Part shown: positions 50,715 through 64,000 of the stretch, piece after piece
Layout of the letters: each line of letters opens with the position of its first letter
How positions within the stretch are numbered: the stretch's first letter is position 1
Position numbers and translations under genes: made by a program
NCBI RefSeq assembly: GCF_006345805.1
Contig: NC_043007.1
Span: forward strand, 62,496,001 to 62,560,000
Length of the DNA stretch: 64,000 nt
Direction of reading: 5' to 3'
From: Octopus sinensis
Lineage: Eukaryota
Notes under the pieces: model-generated
Databases searched by the model: none
What the model saw: only the letters and a program-made list of their open reading frames with translations
What the model was told of the DNA's origin: nothing

Positions 50715-52830
50715 TATAATATAATATAATGAAATTATTGTATACAGTGCTTAGGTGCACCACAACTTGTCAGACAGTGCATATAAAGCATATGCAGCAA
50801 TGTACAAATGTCTGGAAAGTGAACAATGCATGAGTCAGATACATGCTTGTGTGTGTATGGAGGGGAGAAAATCAGGTGTAGTGTTGGCGAATCTCAGGAA
50901 GCATGGAAGTTTTGAAGGATGCAGTGCTCCGACAACTAACATCTGATGCCAGCAGTTTGTTCCATGCTTCAGCAACTCTCAGCGTGAAAAAATGTTTCCT
51001 AAAGTCATGGGAGCTGTGCTGTTTTCTGACTTTGTAAATATGTCCACGGGTGTTAGATGGGTGGAGTTTGAAAAGGTGCTCAGAGTTATTGTTTGTACGA
51101 TGGTTGATAATTTTATGGGTGTCTGCCAAGTCAGCTGCCACATGTCGGAGTTTCAATGTGTCCATGCCCAGGGAAGTAAGGCGTTCAGAATATGGCAAAT
51201 GCCTGATGGAGGGTATTCTTTTGGTTGCACGTCGCTGAACGGCTTCCAGACGATTGATATCCTGGGCATGATAGGGGTTCCAGACCGGTGATGCAAATTC
51301 CAGGTGAGGTCTTACCATAGCTATATAAAGCCGCAGATAGATAGTCGGAGAGCGGCTCACAAAGGATTTGGTGAGTGATGTCAAGACACCCTCAGCCTTC
51401 TTGACAATTTTAGCGATGTGTTTTGTCCAACGCAAATCACTGTCGACAATAACACCCAGATCACGTTCAATTGAGGACTTTTTGAGACTAGTGTTGTGGA
51501 GGGAGTAGGTGGACGTGGGGTTTCTCCTCCCAAAATGCATAGTGGTACATTTGTCCACAGCCAGCTTGAGTTGCCAGTCCATGATCCACTGCTGCATTGT
51601 GTCCAGGTCTGCTTGCAATAGAGATCTATAGTGTACCGAGTCTGACCTCTTTATTTCGAGGTACAGCTTGATGTACATATTTCAGCACTATGGCATTCTT
51701 TAAGTTAGCATCTATGTCATTAACATATGCAACAAATAAAAGGGGGCCAAGAACAGATCCCTGTGGTACACCAGATGTCATCTCATAGGGTGAAGGGTGC
51801 TGTCCTTGAACTGTGACAACCTCTTTTCGGCCGAAAATAAAGGACTTCAACCAGTTATAGAGTTCGTCTCTTACACCCAATGCAGAGAGCTTCACCATAA
51901 GTCTTTTGTGTGGCACAGAGTTAAAAGCCTTAGCAAAGTCCAGGTAAACAACATCCACCCAGGATCCACGATCAGTGATTTGGGTAACGTCCTCAAGAAA
52001 CTCGATGAGTTGATTATAGCAGCTGGAGTTAGGAATAAATCCAAATTGTGACAGCTGGATGAGGCTGTGAGACTTCCAGAAGTTCCAGAGGGTTTCTCTG
52101 ATACAGGATTCCATCAGTTTGGCGATACAGCTAGTAAGACTAACGGGGCGATAGTTGACAGGCGATGTGCGGTCGCCTTTTTTGAACAGAGGGATAACAC
52201 TGGCAGTTTTCCACTGTTCTGGAGTAACACCATTGTCAAGACAGAATTGGAAGAATAGAGAAAGTTGGTTTAGAAGAAAGTACCCACCACGTTTGAGAAG
52301 TAGGTATGTAACACCATCGAGACCAGGAGAGGCATAGTTGCGTTTATTCTTAAGGTGGCGTTGTAGCATTGCTGGTGTAAATTGCCTAGTAGATATAAAG
52401 TCCGATGTCAGTGGTGGTGAAGATGGAACATTTTGGTCTTCGACAGTAAAGATGCCGGCATAGCATCCAGCAATGATTTCTGCACATTCTTCGGGATTGC
52501 CAGTAATTTGTCCTGTGTGGGGATTGCGAAGGGGACCAACTGGAGAGTGGGGTCTTTGCTTTGAGTGCACATACTTCCAGAACACTTTGCTGTCAGGGTT
52601 AGTTGCAATGCGTTGTTCAAATTCAAGCACTGCCTTTTTTGTCACCTGCTTGAGGTGGTTGGCTGATCTATTGCGCTTTTTCCTGTTGCCTTCTGATTTG
52701 TGCAATTTGTATTCCTGTTCAGCATTACAGCATTCTTTTCTGGCAAGTCGGACTGCTGCAGTCTTCCAAATTGCACTATTGGGTGTTTTTTTATGCTTGC
52801 ATGGTACTGATGCTGCACATGCTGCCTGCT
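50715..52830 (-). mobile_element. CR1/Jockey-group LINE, longest copy (RT domain plus 3' UTR), 5'-truncated
   Basis: ORFs 51626-52705 and 50872-51678: 'NYRPVSLTS', 'QFGF', 'YLDFAKAFNSVPH', 'GVPQGSVLGPLLF', 'RDLGV', 'RPHLEF'. AT-rich tail at about 50715. Confidence 0.95.
50872..52705 (-). pseudogene. Reverse transcriptase ORF inactivated by a small deletion at the YADD motif
   Basis: 'aaa tat gta cat caa' where KYADDIK is expected. The downstream frame resumes as IKLYLEIK. Confidence 0.85.
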
Positions 52831-52929
52831 GAATTTATATGTATAAATATATATATTTATATAAGTAGGTCTAATTTGCAAAGAGTTCAAATGACAGAGA
52901 AATTTTAAAAGACAAAAGAATTATATATA

Positions 52930-52970
<41 letters not shown>

Positions 52971-53449
52971 TATATACACATATGTGTGTCTGTGTGTGCC
53001 TACTTGTCTAGACGTCACTTAATACTAGTGAGTGTTACTGTCATACAATGCAAGTGGTGCCATTTGTTTCCAGTTTTCTATGAAAACAAGTCCAGTCATG
53101 GGAAAACAATATCATGCTTTAGAACAAGTGTAGGACTGATGACAGGAAGGGCATTTGACTGTAGAAAATCTGCTGCAAGGAAATTCCATCGGACTGATCC
53201 AAGCATGGAAATCCATCCACCCAGATCAGATGACTGACTCACTCAGACCAATGCATCTCTTCCATGCCAGACGTCCCTATCAAGTAATAAAGCATGAACA
53301 TTTGGCTTGGACTTTGGTCTTTCACAAGCTAAAATATCTTAGCTGCACATACCATGACTACACATGATAGTAGTAATTCACTAACTGAACTGGTTGACCT
53401 TGACCACTGATAGTTTGTTCTGTTCTACTCAGTATCTATTAATATTGGG

Positions 53450-53595
53450 TTCGAGTTTTGGCACAAGGCCTCAGGGAAGGGGCTAAGTCAGTTACATCAG
53501 CCCCAGTATTCAAGTGGTATTTATCAGCCTCAAAAGGATGAAAGGCAAAGTTGACCTCAGCAGAATTTGAATTCAGAACATAAAGACAGATAAAA
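53450..53595 (-). mobile_element. SINE family 2 copy (partial)
   Basis: 'ggcacaaggcc...ggatgaaaggcaaagttgacc...gaatttgaattcagaac'. Confidence 0.75.
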
Positions 53596-53606
53596 TGATG
53601 ATGATG

Positions 53607-53671
<65 letters not shown>

Positions 53672-53677
<6 letters not shown>

Positions 53678-54009
53678 GGTCTGAAAGTCTTGTCACTCCC
53701 GACTGAAAAGTAATAAGAACAATAGAGGACTAATATAATATCAAACACATGTACTGGTTTTGACACTGACACTGTCATACATCGAGAAGGTTTGTATGAA
53801 CACCATCATTTTTGTGGCACAAAACAATGTGGCACCATGTCCTGTGTGATATTCTATGAAGCTGTGCTTTGTTGATTGGTGCAAAGGCTGCCGAAACAGC
53901 GTCCTTCAACTGTTGGATATTCTGGTATCGCTCTTGTGAAGCCCTCTCCTTGATAATAAAAAATTGAAACAATATTTACAGGTGGTGACAAGACTTTCGG
54001 ACCACCCTG
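53672..54009 (-). mobile_element. 338-bp Tc1/mariner deletion derivative
   Basis: TIRs agggtggtctgaaagtcttgtcac / gtgacaagactttcggaccaccctg. Interior ORF 53775-53972 resembles a transposase C-terminus. Confidence 0.85.
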
Positions 54010-54904
54010 TGTGTGTGTGTGTCTTTCAGTTTGTGTTTGTCCACCACCACTGCTTGACAAGCAGTGTTTGCCTAACCACTAAGTTATGGGAATGTAAGCA
54101 GAGACCAAGCTTTAAAAAAATACTGAAATTGATTTGTTTAGCTAAAAACTCTACAAGGTAGTGCTCCAGCAAGGCCACAGCCTAATGACTGAAATAAGTA
54201 AAGGATAAGCCACAACATACGTAGATTGGTCCCCTACACTTGTGAGGCCACTGGTTAACTGCTCTGTGTGCCCTTGCCCTAAGATGATACTGTGAATACC
54301 TCAACAAGCCATTGAAAATGTTACTTAAAACAATCTTATAATTCATTATTACAATTACAATAAATAGACCCAATACTAAAATTGCTGACAAAAATTTGTA
54401 ATCAACATCATTTTAATGTCCAATTGTGGAACATAGTAACGATTACTAAAAGAAAAGGCAACAGATCAAAGGTAAAAATATTTTCCTTCCTGTACCAGAT
54501 CCAGGAAATAGTGAATATAAAAATTAATCTCTAAAGGATTATTTCTTGAAATAACCCTAGTCATGTTAGAAATAGCTAGTCCTTTAATAATAGGATACGT
54601 ACAATCTGAAAATTCCAGTGACTCAACAAAAGGTTACCAAATAGTGTCTTAACTGGGAAGGGAAGTAACTCTAAATTGAGACAATTTGCTCTTCAGCTGT
54701 TCCAAACATGAGTATCTGCAGATGTAAAAAACACACACACACACGTGATCACTATATATATATATATTATATATATATATATACACACACACAGTAATAA
54801 ACACATTTCCTTATTTAAAACTAGTTCTGGGAAAACTTTCATCAAATTTTATCAGGAAATTTTGAAATTAAATAATTCAAGTACACTTCAGAAGTGGTGA
54901 TTTT

Positions 54905-55430
54905 TGTTTCTTCTCATTCTATTCTGGTGACCACATAATGCCTCTTGAGAAGATAATATCTATGAGACATTCTGTAAGTCAGCAACAGGGTGGTTGATAT
55001 CTTCAGATTTCATTTTGCACAGCCTACATTTGTTGTCTATCAATGTTTTCTGCCTTTCATGTACTAAATACTTTGTAGGGATCTCTTGCTCTTGAAATGC
55101 ATAGAGACAGCCTTCAAAACGGGATGTCATAAAATTGATATTCCATGTCAAGCTTTTGATGTAATTTAATTCCCTTTATGGTTTGGGTATTTCATGCCAA
55201 GTACTACCTTCTCTACCACCGATATTGCTTCAGTATCACAATATCTGGTTCATACGCTATCACTACAGATTAAAGACCAACAGCCACCACCCTTGTTGGG
55301 GAAGTATAGCCTGTCTACATTACTACTGATGTTGAACTTTCCAGTGAGACTGAGCAGCTTGCAAATTCATGTTTATCTCACTGGGCCTTCACAGTGACTA
55401 GTTTAGAGGACCAAATGGGGGTGATATTAC
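54905..55430 (-). pseudogene. R4/Dong-like non-LTR retrotransposon remnant
   Basis: 'KLLSLTGKFNISSNVDRLYFPNKGGG', 'FEGCLYAFQEQEI', 'CRLCK..EDINH', 'RYYL..RH'. Confidence 0.6.
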
Positions 55431-56492
55431 AAAGGTGATGTAGGTAATATGCTTATTGTAAGATGAGAGTTCAGACGATCATATTCTTTTAACTCTCTTG
55501 AGATATTCATTCCTTACACTCTCGTTATAGCTGACATTCTTATCCTGTCCAAGATACTTGTATATCATATACACATACATATGCAGAGATGTACATGTGT
55601 GTATATATACATATACAATTGTACATTTCTAAATATGTACATGTGATATGTATACACACACATATATGGCTTTACATCTGTTTTTCATTATACCTACGGC
55701 TCTGTGTTTTTCCATGCTAGTGTACATTATTGAAGCATTGTTTTACAATAGAATGGCCTTAAAGTTGCTAAGTCTTTCCAATTTTTAAAAAAGGCATTGT
55801 TTATTACGTGTCTTAGAAAGCACAAAGCACACAGATAACACTGAAACAATTTTCTTTTTACTTTGGTCAGTATTATTTCCTATTTGCTTCTATCTAGAAA
55901 TCAAAGGAAATGACTACTATTCCTTTCAAACTTTGCTTTTGTCACCTGAACATTAATGTTTTGAAACTCACCTATTTTCCATTACATTTCAGTATTGAGT
56001 TACTGGAGCAGAAATATCATTATAGCAAATATTCTGCTCAATATCACAGATTTGCTTGTCAGTTGTTTGTCCTTAACCACTTGAACATGTCCCTTAATGG
56101 ATACCAATGTGTACATCTCTAATCATGAACAGGAGTAGTTGAGGAGTATCATAGCCATGTGTTCAGAGAGAGATTCTTTGGAGTTTGAATAAATATTATA
56201 AGAAAAGCAAAATTAGAAGGAAATATTAGCCATTTTTCACACTTTCTAGGGTTGTGTAATTTATAAACAGAAATGCTAACAAAATTCTCGGATAGTTTTT
56301 CATGTGTAAGAGGTTGGCTATAATCATATATCATGTTTTCTCAACAGAATTTGAAATAAAGTAGAGGGATATTTACAAGTGGAAGTTCAAAAGTTTAACC
56401 ATTTTGTTACCATATTTCTTTTGAAATGAGCTGCCTTTGCTTCAGTCACTTTTGAAAACGATGAAGAATTTAGTAAAATAACTTTTTCATTA

Positions 56493-56894
56493 TTAACCCT
56501 TTAGCATTCATATTTCTTAATCAAATGTATTGTTTATTTATTCACGTTGTTTTGAATTAACCATGCATTATCTTGCAGCTTCAAGATTTCATTGTGTTAG
56601 TATATTTTTAGAATGACATTGTAGGGTAGGTGAGAGAGGTTGGATCTGGTTGGTTTTAACATAAAACACATAGAATACAGCAGTCTGAACATAAATCATG
56701 TAGAAATATTCTCGGGTTTTTTGTTAAAACTGACCAGATATAGTGAGATCAAATACTAAAATATAGCTACTGTTTGGAACCAAAATTAAGACAAAATTTT
56801 GAAGGAAGGTTTTAAGTTGAGATCACCTTAAAAGAGGAAGTTTGTATCATAGAACCAAGAGTAATCTTAGGTGGGTTGGTATCAAAAGGGTTAA
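56493..56894. mobile_element. piggyBac-like MITE (possibly a composite of two families)
   Basis: ttaa-cccttt ... aaaaggg-ttaa. Confidence 0.65.
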
Positions 56895-57549
56895 GAATTC
56901 TTGAACTGAAAAAAAAAAAGCTAAAAGGTCCAAAGAAAAATGCAGATATAAATTTAAGACACATGTGACTTTGTCAAATACTGCCAACAACACATTTGTA
57001 TAAATATCAACAATTTTAATACTCAACCAATTTGGTCCATGTAATCATCATCATGTAGAATATAAATATCTATTTATATACCCACCTCCTTTCCCTGTGT
57101 TGATAGTTTCAAATAAAATTTAGATGAATAAATTATACATATTTGATAATCATATTAATATTTAAGCATACTTGTTTTACTTTAAATTCTTGTCTTTAAT
57201 ACCCTTTCCAACATTTTAATTTCATTTCATTTCATTTTTCTCAAACTATTTTGTTTTCTTTCTTTTTTTCTCCCTTTTGCAACTCAGCTTCCTTCATTTT
57301 CAAGCCATTACTATCATCATTATCATTATCAGAGTAGAAGCTCCAAAGGCTGCTAGATTTTAACTCCTGACTGAAATCATTCCATTGCATTTATTTTACT
57401 AATGCCATTGAAAAAGGCATGAACAAAACAAATACTCCGTCCAGTGAGAGAGAAATATCATTTAATGTACACAGTCGAATATCAAACAATCTATAAAAAC
57501 TGGAATTGTTACATTTGATTTCAGGATCTCTAGTAATAGTTAATAATTT

Positions 57550-57870
57550 TAGCTTTTATCTTTTACCTGTTTCAGTCATTTGGCTGTGACCATGCTGGGG
57601 CACAACCTTGAAGAACTTCAAGTTGAATGTATCAATCCTAATACTGATTTTTGAAAAGCCTGATATCGGTCTCTTTTTTTTTATCAAACTGCTAAGTTAC
57701 AGGGATGTAGACACATCAAGCAGTGGTGAGGGACAAATATAGACACAAAGACACAGACATACAACGGGCTTTCTTTCAGTTTCTGTCTACAAAATCCTCT
57801 CACAAGGTACCATGCAGTGAGACTGAACCTAGAACCATGTGGTGGGGAAACAAGCTTCTTCCCACACAGC
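57550..57870 (-). mobile_element. SINE family 1 copy
   Basis: Family-1 tail and head on the minus strand. Confidence 0.8.
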
Positions 57871-58024
57871 CACACCTTTTCACGATAACTATAATAATGA
57901 GTTCTCAGGATGGTGCACACACTAGTCATATTGGCCAGACATATGTCAAGGAGACATAATCCAATAAAGTGGTACTTGTTTTATCAACTATTGGGAGTGG
58001 AGGGTAAAGTTGACCCAATTACAT

Positions 58025-59010
58025 AATAATAATAATTCTTTCTACAATAGGCACACAGAAACAGGGATAGTCAATTACATTGACCCAATGCTCAACTGAT
58101 ACTTTATCAACCCTGATAGGATGAAAGGCAAAGTCAACCTCAGCAGAATTTGAACTCAGAATGTAAATGCCACTAATCATTTTGTCCCGTGTGCTAATAA
58201 TCATGCACCTTGCTGCCTTAATAATAATAATAATAATAAGTAGTAGTAGTAGCAGCAGCAGTAGTGAATTCAAATTTTTGTAGTACAAAGCAATTTTAGG
58301 GGAAGGGTAAGTTGATTGCATTGGCTCTAGTAGTTGACTGGTACTTAACTTTTTTTTAAACCTCTCCACCTCCCAGAGGATGAACGACAAAGTCAACCTC
58401 AATGGAATTTGAACTCAGAATGTACAGAGTCGAAAGAATTGCTGCAAAGCATTTTATCTGACAAGCTAACAATTCTACCAGAAGTTTTGGCACAAGGCCA
58501 GCAGTTTTAGGGGCTGGAGTAATCACATCAACTTCAATGCTCAACTAGTACTTATTTTATCAACCTTGAAAGGCTGAAAGGTAAAGTCAAATTTAGCAAA
58601 ATTTGAACTCAGAAAGTAATGAGTCAAAAAAGTTCGAAGGACCTGTCAAGGTCAGTTTTGCATTTCAGTCTTTCAAGGTCAATAAATAAAACATACTCTA
58701 TTCCTGGTACTTCAATGTTGTAAACCATACATCTTGTTGGACTTATAATTTCAAAATTAGCCCTAATTAAAGCCAATAGGTCATTGTTGATAAAATAAAA
58801 TACCAGCCAAGTACTGGAAACAGTGATTTGAAAAAAATTCCCAGCATTTCATCCGTCTTTACTGAGTTCAAATTCCACCAAGGTCACCTTTGTCTTTCAT
58901 CCTTTCAGGGTCAATAAAATAAGTACCAGTGGAACACTGGAGCCAATATAATTGACTAGTCCCCTTCCCACAAATTTCAGGCCTAGTGCCTTTAGCAGAA
59001 AGGATTATTA
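58025..59010. mobile_element. Cluster of four SINE family 2 copies (three minus, one plus)
   Basis: Repeated 'ggatgaaaggcaaagtcaacc...gaatttgaactcagaa' at about 58120, 58380 and 58570, and on the + strand at 58860-59010. Confidence 0.8.
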
Positions 59011-59984
59011 TCATTGTTGTTGATGATGATGATGATGATGATGATTTCTATTCTGTCCTAAAAATAAGTTTCGTGCGCCAAGTCAAAATGAATCAATAAT
59101 TTCTTATAATAGTAATGTTTTCTTTTATAACTAAGAAAAGGGAATATAATCTCTTGAATGATTATAGTATTTATTTTACCAATTCCAAAACGATAAAAGA
59201 CAAAACCAACTCCAGTGAGATATCATGGCAGAAACTTAATACATTTATCCTCATTTATAACAGAGGTTGGTTTCAAAAAAGACACTGTGCACTGTGATAA
59301 ATGAATCAGTGTTAAATTAATTATCTGCACATACTTTGTAAATGGAACAAATGGTAGATTAATTGATACCAAATTTGCACCCCACAGCAATGATACTTTC
59401 ACCATCAAGTATACTCATCATCATTTCTACCTTTTGCTGCAGTTATCTGTTTTCTACAGAAATTATAGCCAGCACTGATTTGTTATAACATTTCATATCT
59501 GAATAAGTCTAATGTAAACAACAATGTAATCAAAGATGGGAAAATATGGTGTTCCAACAAGTAATTAACACTTGTCTTGTGTCATTTGTTAAGACCCAGT
59601 GCCTTCACACGTTTTCTATTCACTGGTCCCATGTTGATGGGTATGAGTGCATAAATCCATATAAAAAAAATACGCAGCCTCACAACATGGTTATGTAAGC
59701 ACAAACATTAGTCAGTGCATTGTGAGCAACTGAGCACTGTGGGTGATAGCTGGGGCATGTTTTTGTGATACAGACAGAATCTTCGACTGATCGCCAACTC
59801 ATGCCATCACTGATCAATCCATGATAAGCATATACTTGGTTCACAATTGGGCGTAGCATGTTATCCCACACCAGTGATGAATGACTCAATGGTGTATGAA
59901 GCTACATGCACTTGAGAATATAAAATCAACTAACTTGCCAGCTACATAAAGTCTGCAGCTGCTACTGCTGCTTTGTCGTCATCA

Positions 59985-60200
59985 TTTAATGTCTGTTTTC
60001 CATGCTGGCATGGGTTGGATGGCTTGGCAGGAATTGGCAAGGTCAAAGGCCACACCAGGTTCTAGTCTGTTTAGGCTTGGTTTCTAAGGCTGGGAGCCCT
60101 TCCTGATGCCAGCCACTCTACAGAGTGTACTGGGTACATTTTCTCTAACACCAGTACCCACACCAATGCTTTTTACATGGCACCTTGGTTTTAGGATTTC
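59985..60200 (-). mobile_element. RTE-tail retroposon copy
   Basis: 'catcatttaatgtctgttttccatgctggcatgggttggatgg...gcccttcctgatgccagccac'. Confidence 0.75.
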
Positions 60201-60704
60201 AATTCTGTTGCGGTGGGCTGGTCTTCTTGAGTACACATTTTATAACTTATAAGGAACAAGACAAGACCACAAATTTGAAAAGAGGGGTAAAGTATATAAT
60301 ATTCACCTCAATATTTGATATATGGCCTAGGGGTTAGAGTGTTGCACTCACAATCTAAGATCATGGTTTTGCTTCCTGGACCAGTGGTGTGTTTCATTCT
60401 TGAACCAAGCACTTCATTTTGCATTGCTCCAGTCCACTCATCTGTAAATGAGTCCCGGTAGTAGCTGTTTAGTAAATTCTGCAACAGAATGGCATCCAAT
60501 TTGGAGGTAGGGAGTAATATGCCATGGAAGCTGGATTAAGCTCCAACCTTACAAGTCCTAATATTCATGACAGACCTAAATACTTGACTGGTACTTTAGT
60601 CTATTAGCCTCGGTGGGATTTGTACTTGAAGCATAAAGAGCAATAACTAAACACTGCAAAGATGTGTTGTCTCACATTTTAACAATTGTACTGCCTAATG
60701 GTAA

Positions 60705-62850
60705 TGGTTTCAGATTTTAGTACAATGCCAGCAATCTCGGCGGAGTGAGTAATTTGATTATGTTGACCTCAGTGTTCAACTGGGACATAATTTATCAATC
60801 ACAAAAGGATGAAAGGCAAAGTCAAGCTCAGCAGAATTCAAACTTAGAATGTAAGTATAGATAAAATGCTGCTAAGCATTTTGCCTGGCATGCTTGCGAT
60901 TCTGCTAGTTCACTGCCTTCACTACCCCAAAATAATTTTAAAAATGGTTTTTAATTTAAACACAAGGCCAACCATTTTGAGGGGGAGGAGGTTGCTCGAT
61001 ACCACTGACTCCACTATTTGACTGTTATCTTATTTTATAAACCCCCCACCCCCAATGGAATGAAAGGCAAAGTTAGCCTTGGTGGGACTTGAACTCATAA
61101 CATAAAGAGCCAAAAGAAATGCCACAAGGCATTTTTCCAGAGCTAATTTACCATTTTTATGATAGTACTTTTATCAAAAAACATTCTTCAAGGTGGTGCC
61201 CCAGCATGGCTGCAATCTAATGACTGAAACAAGTAAAAGATAAAAGATAGCTACAAGTGCCCTGAAGCAAAAATAAACAAGACATGGGAAATTATAAAAA
61301 AGTACTAATAATAATCTGTGCACTGAATATCACAAAGAATATGAATATAAACGAAACTATACCAGGGTTTTATGACTTTACACAGAATCAAAAACAAAAA
61401 ACAAAAAAAAAAAAACTGCTATTTCGAATCCACATTCTACAAAAGATGCTTTCAACCAAGTCCAGTAGTCCAACTTACACAGACTAAACTCACAATAACA
61501 CAAATCATACCACAGATATTTTACATAAACAGCTCTCGATATATTCTACACAACCATTACCCAACACTATAAAATAACTCACTTAACACATACATTTCCC
61601 AATAACCAACATGTCTCACAACACATTCTACAAAACCAACAATAACATCAGAAACAACAATAAAACACCAGCATACACCCCAAAAGATATTTCAGCACAC
61701 ACTTTAGGAAGACTGATGTACATTGGTGATGCAGTAGAAGATTGCATATAAATGTACGATTTTAACAGATATCTGTTAAAACCTGTTGAAAGGAAATACG
61801 AACTATTAAAGATACGCAACAATAGTTTCTAGATTTAGGCTCAAGGCCAACAATTTTGAGGGGAAGGCATTAAATGATACCATAAACCCTAGTACTTGAC
61901 TGGTGCTGTGTTTTATCAATCCCAAAAAGATGAATAGCAAAATTAACCTCAGCGAGATTTGAACTTAGAATGTAAAGAACCAAAAGAAGTACTGCAAAGC
62001 ATTTTACCCAACACATTTAACAATTCTGCCAGTTCACCAGATAATAATAATAATAAAAATAATAATAATCCTTTCTACTATAGGCAAAAGGGACTGAAAT
62101 TTGGGGAAGAGGGACAGTCAATTACATTGACCCCAGTGTTTCACCAGTACTTAATTTATCGACTCTGAAAGGATGAAAGGCAAAGTTGACCTTGGCAGAA
62201 TTTAAACTCAGAACATGAAGACATATGAAATACTGCTAAGCATTTCGTCCAGCATGCTAACGATTCTGCCAGCACACCGCCTTAATAATAATAATAATTA
62301 TGATGGTTTCAAATTTTGGTACAAGGCCAGCAATGTCGAGGAGTGGGGAGTAAGTCGATTACATCGATCCTAGTGTTCAACTGGTACTTATTTTATCGAC
62401 CCTGAAAGGATGGAAGGCAAAGTCAACTTCAGGGAATTTCAACTCAGAATGTAAAGACGGGTGAAATGTCACCAGCGTGTTAATGATTCTGCTAGCTCAC
62501 CACCTTAATGATAATAATAATAAGAAGAATAATCAGAATAATCAGGAAGGTATTAGATAGCATGGTACTGTAGGCTGCAGGTAGCAAGCCCACTATTTAT
62601 GTAAGACTCCAGGAGCTCCAACAAAGCTTATGATAAAGAGAAATAATAATAATAATTTCTTTCTAATCTTAGCATAAGGCTGATAATTTTAAGGGGGTGG
62701 GGAGAGCTGATTACATTGAACCCCCCCGTACTTGACTGGTACTTATTTTATCAATTCTGAAAGGTTGAAAGGCAAAGTTAACCTTAGTGGGATTTGAACT
62801 CAGTACATAATGCACTGGAAAGAAATGCTGCTAGGCATTTTGTCCAATGT
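60705..62850 (-). mobile_element. Array of at least six co-oriented SINE family 2 copies
   Basis: Copies at about 60705-60915, 60945-61140, 61830-62035, 62068-62282, 62302-62507 and 62660-62850. Confidence 0.85.
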
Positions 62851-63951
62851 GCTACATTACCATCATCATTTTCAATAGCCAATTTGCAACGTGTTGTTAG
62901 TTTCATAGTTATCTTCAGTAACTTTTTAAAAATACTTTTTATCACATAAAAATGTCCCGAGGTTATCAAACAAATGTATCAAGGAACTAAACCACAAAAG
63001 AGAAACAAAAAAAAAAAACAATTTTAAAAATATTTGTGGTAAGAGAGAGAGTTCCAGAGCAGCATTTCATTATTGAACATTTTCCCAGCATAAAAGTTAC
63101 ATATTGTGTCCATACTGCATTTATGTGTGTGTGTAAGAGAGAAAATGAGACAGAAAGAGAGAGAACAAAGCAGAGATATAGTCAGAGAAAGAGAGACTTT
63201 ATATATATATTATTTCTCCAGAATATATTAATATTGCTTCAAATATAATTTGGAGCAAACCACAAAGAAAAGAAAAACCACAGGTTGCAGTAGAGACATC
63301 ACTATCACTGCCATTAAAAAGCATCACTTTCTTCTTCTATTCCAGCTTATTTGTGGAAAAAAAAAACAAAAAAAAACATCCATTTTGTAACCCTCATTTT
63401 GTTTGTTTTCTTTTATACAAATATTTACAAACACCAGTTGAAACACAACTGAAAAGTGTCAGTTATTTTAATTTGGAAAGTTGGAATTATGGATCTCTGG
63501 TTTATATGTCAGCAGAACCACCATTACCCATAGGTGTAATAAGGCCTGAAAAAAATAAAAATAAAATGAAAAATAAATAAGGAGTTTAAGAATATTTTTC
63601 AAAACAAAACAAAAATAGGAAAAGAAAATATTTGAAATTGAAAGTCAAAATTAAGATTCTTTTTGCTTTTTATTTTCTACAATTTAGTCCTTTTTTTTTA
63701 ATTTCGAAGCCATGTGCTACTGGAACTTGTTCAGCTCTTGATCATATCTACCATCACTTTAACCCAGTTTTCTATCTTTGTCTCTTCTGTCTTTGTCATG
63801 CAATTCTTTTCTTGCAAATTACCTCTACTCCTCTAAAGTTGATGACTTTAAACGACTGATGCTTACAGCTCCTTAGTACACTAAACTCTCCTTTCTCATT
63901 CATCTCGCTTATTTCATAGACCCCATGCTAAACATCGAAACCAATCCTTAT

Positions 63952-64000
63952 TTAACCCTTTAACATTTAAACCAGCTAAATCAGACCCAAATATTCTACC
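63952..64000. mobile_element. Start of a piggyBac-like MITE, running off the window
   Basis: ttaa-ccctttaacatttaaacc, with the same terminus type as 56493. Confidence 0.5.

Noticed and set aside
59680-59889. 69-aa ORF as a host exon
   Set aside because: No flanking splice sites in phase and no recognised homology.

Overview
AT-rich, microsatellite-dense, repeat-dominated animal DNA. By inference from the SINE/LINE repertoire and the (TA)n/(CA)n/(GATA)n load it is most likely an octopus or other coleoid cephalopod intron or intergenic region. No host protein-coding gene can be supported, and nearly all long ORFs in the track are microsatellite artefacts or transposon fragments. The window holds two Tc1-like elements with DD36E spacing (6278-7545, nearly intact; 14580-15842, decayed), two DD37D/maT remnants, several mariner fragments, hAT and piggyBac-like MITEs, and three copies of a CR1/Jockey-group LINE (one retaining most of the RT). 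It also holds an older LINE with tandem CCCH-like fingers in ORF1 and an APE domain, RTE LINE fragments, R4/Dong-like and CRE-like remnants, and two abundant tRNA-derived SINE families. The main unexpected signal is seven fold-back (inverted-repeat) elements, mostly of unrelated sequence, that each carry a whole or partial type-I hammerhead ribozyme motif, plus two non-foldback copies. In six of the seven, the inverted arm starts at or inside hammerhead stem II. This points to a diverse population of Penelope-like or retrozyme-like hammerhead mini-elements. Two transposons (an RTE and a mariner) are also split by precise internal inversions. All of this was read by eye; no database search or folding computation was run.
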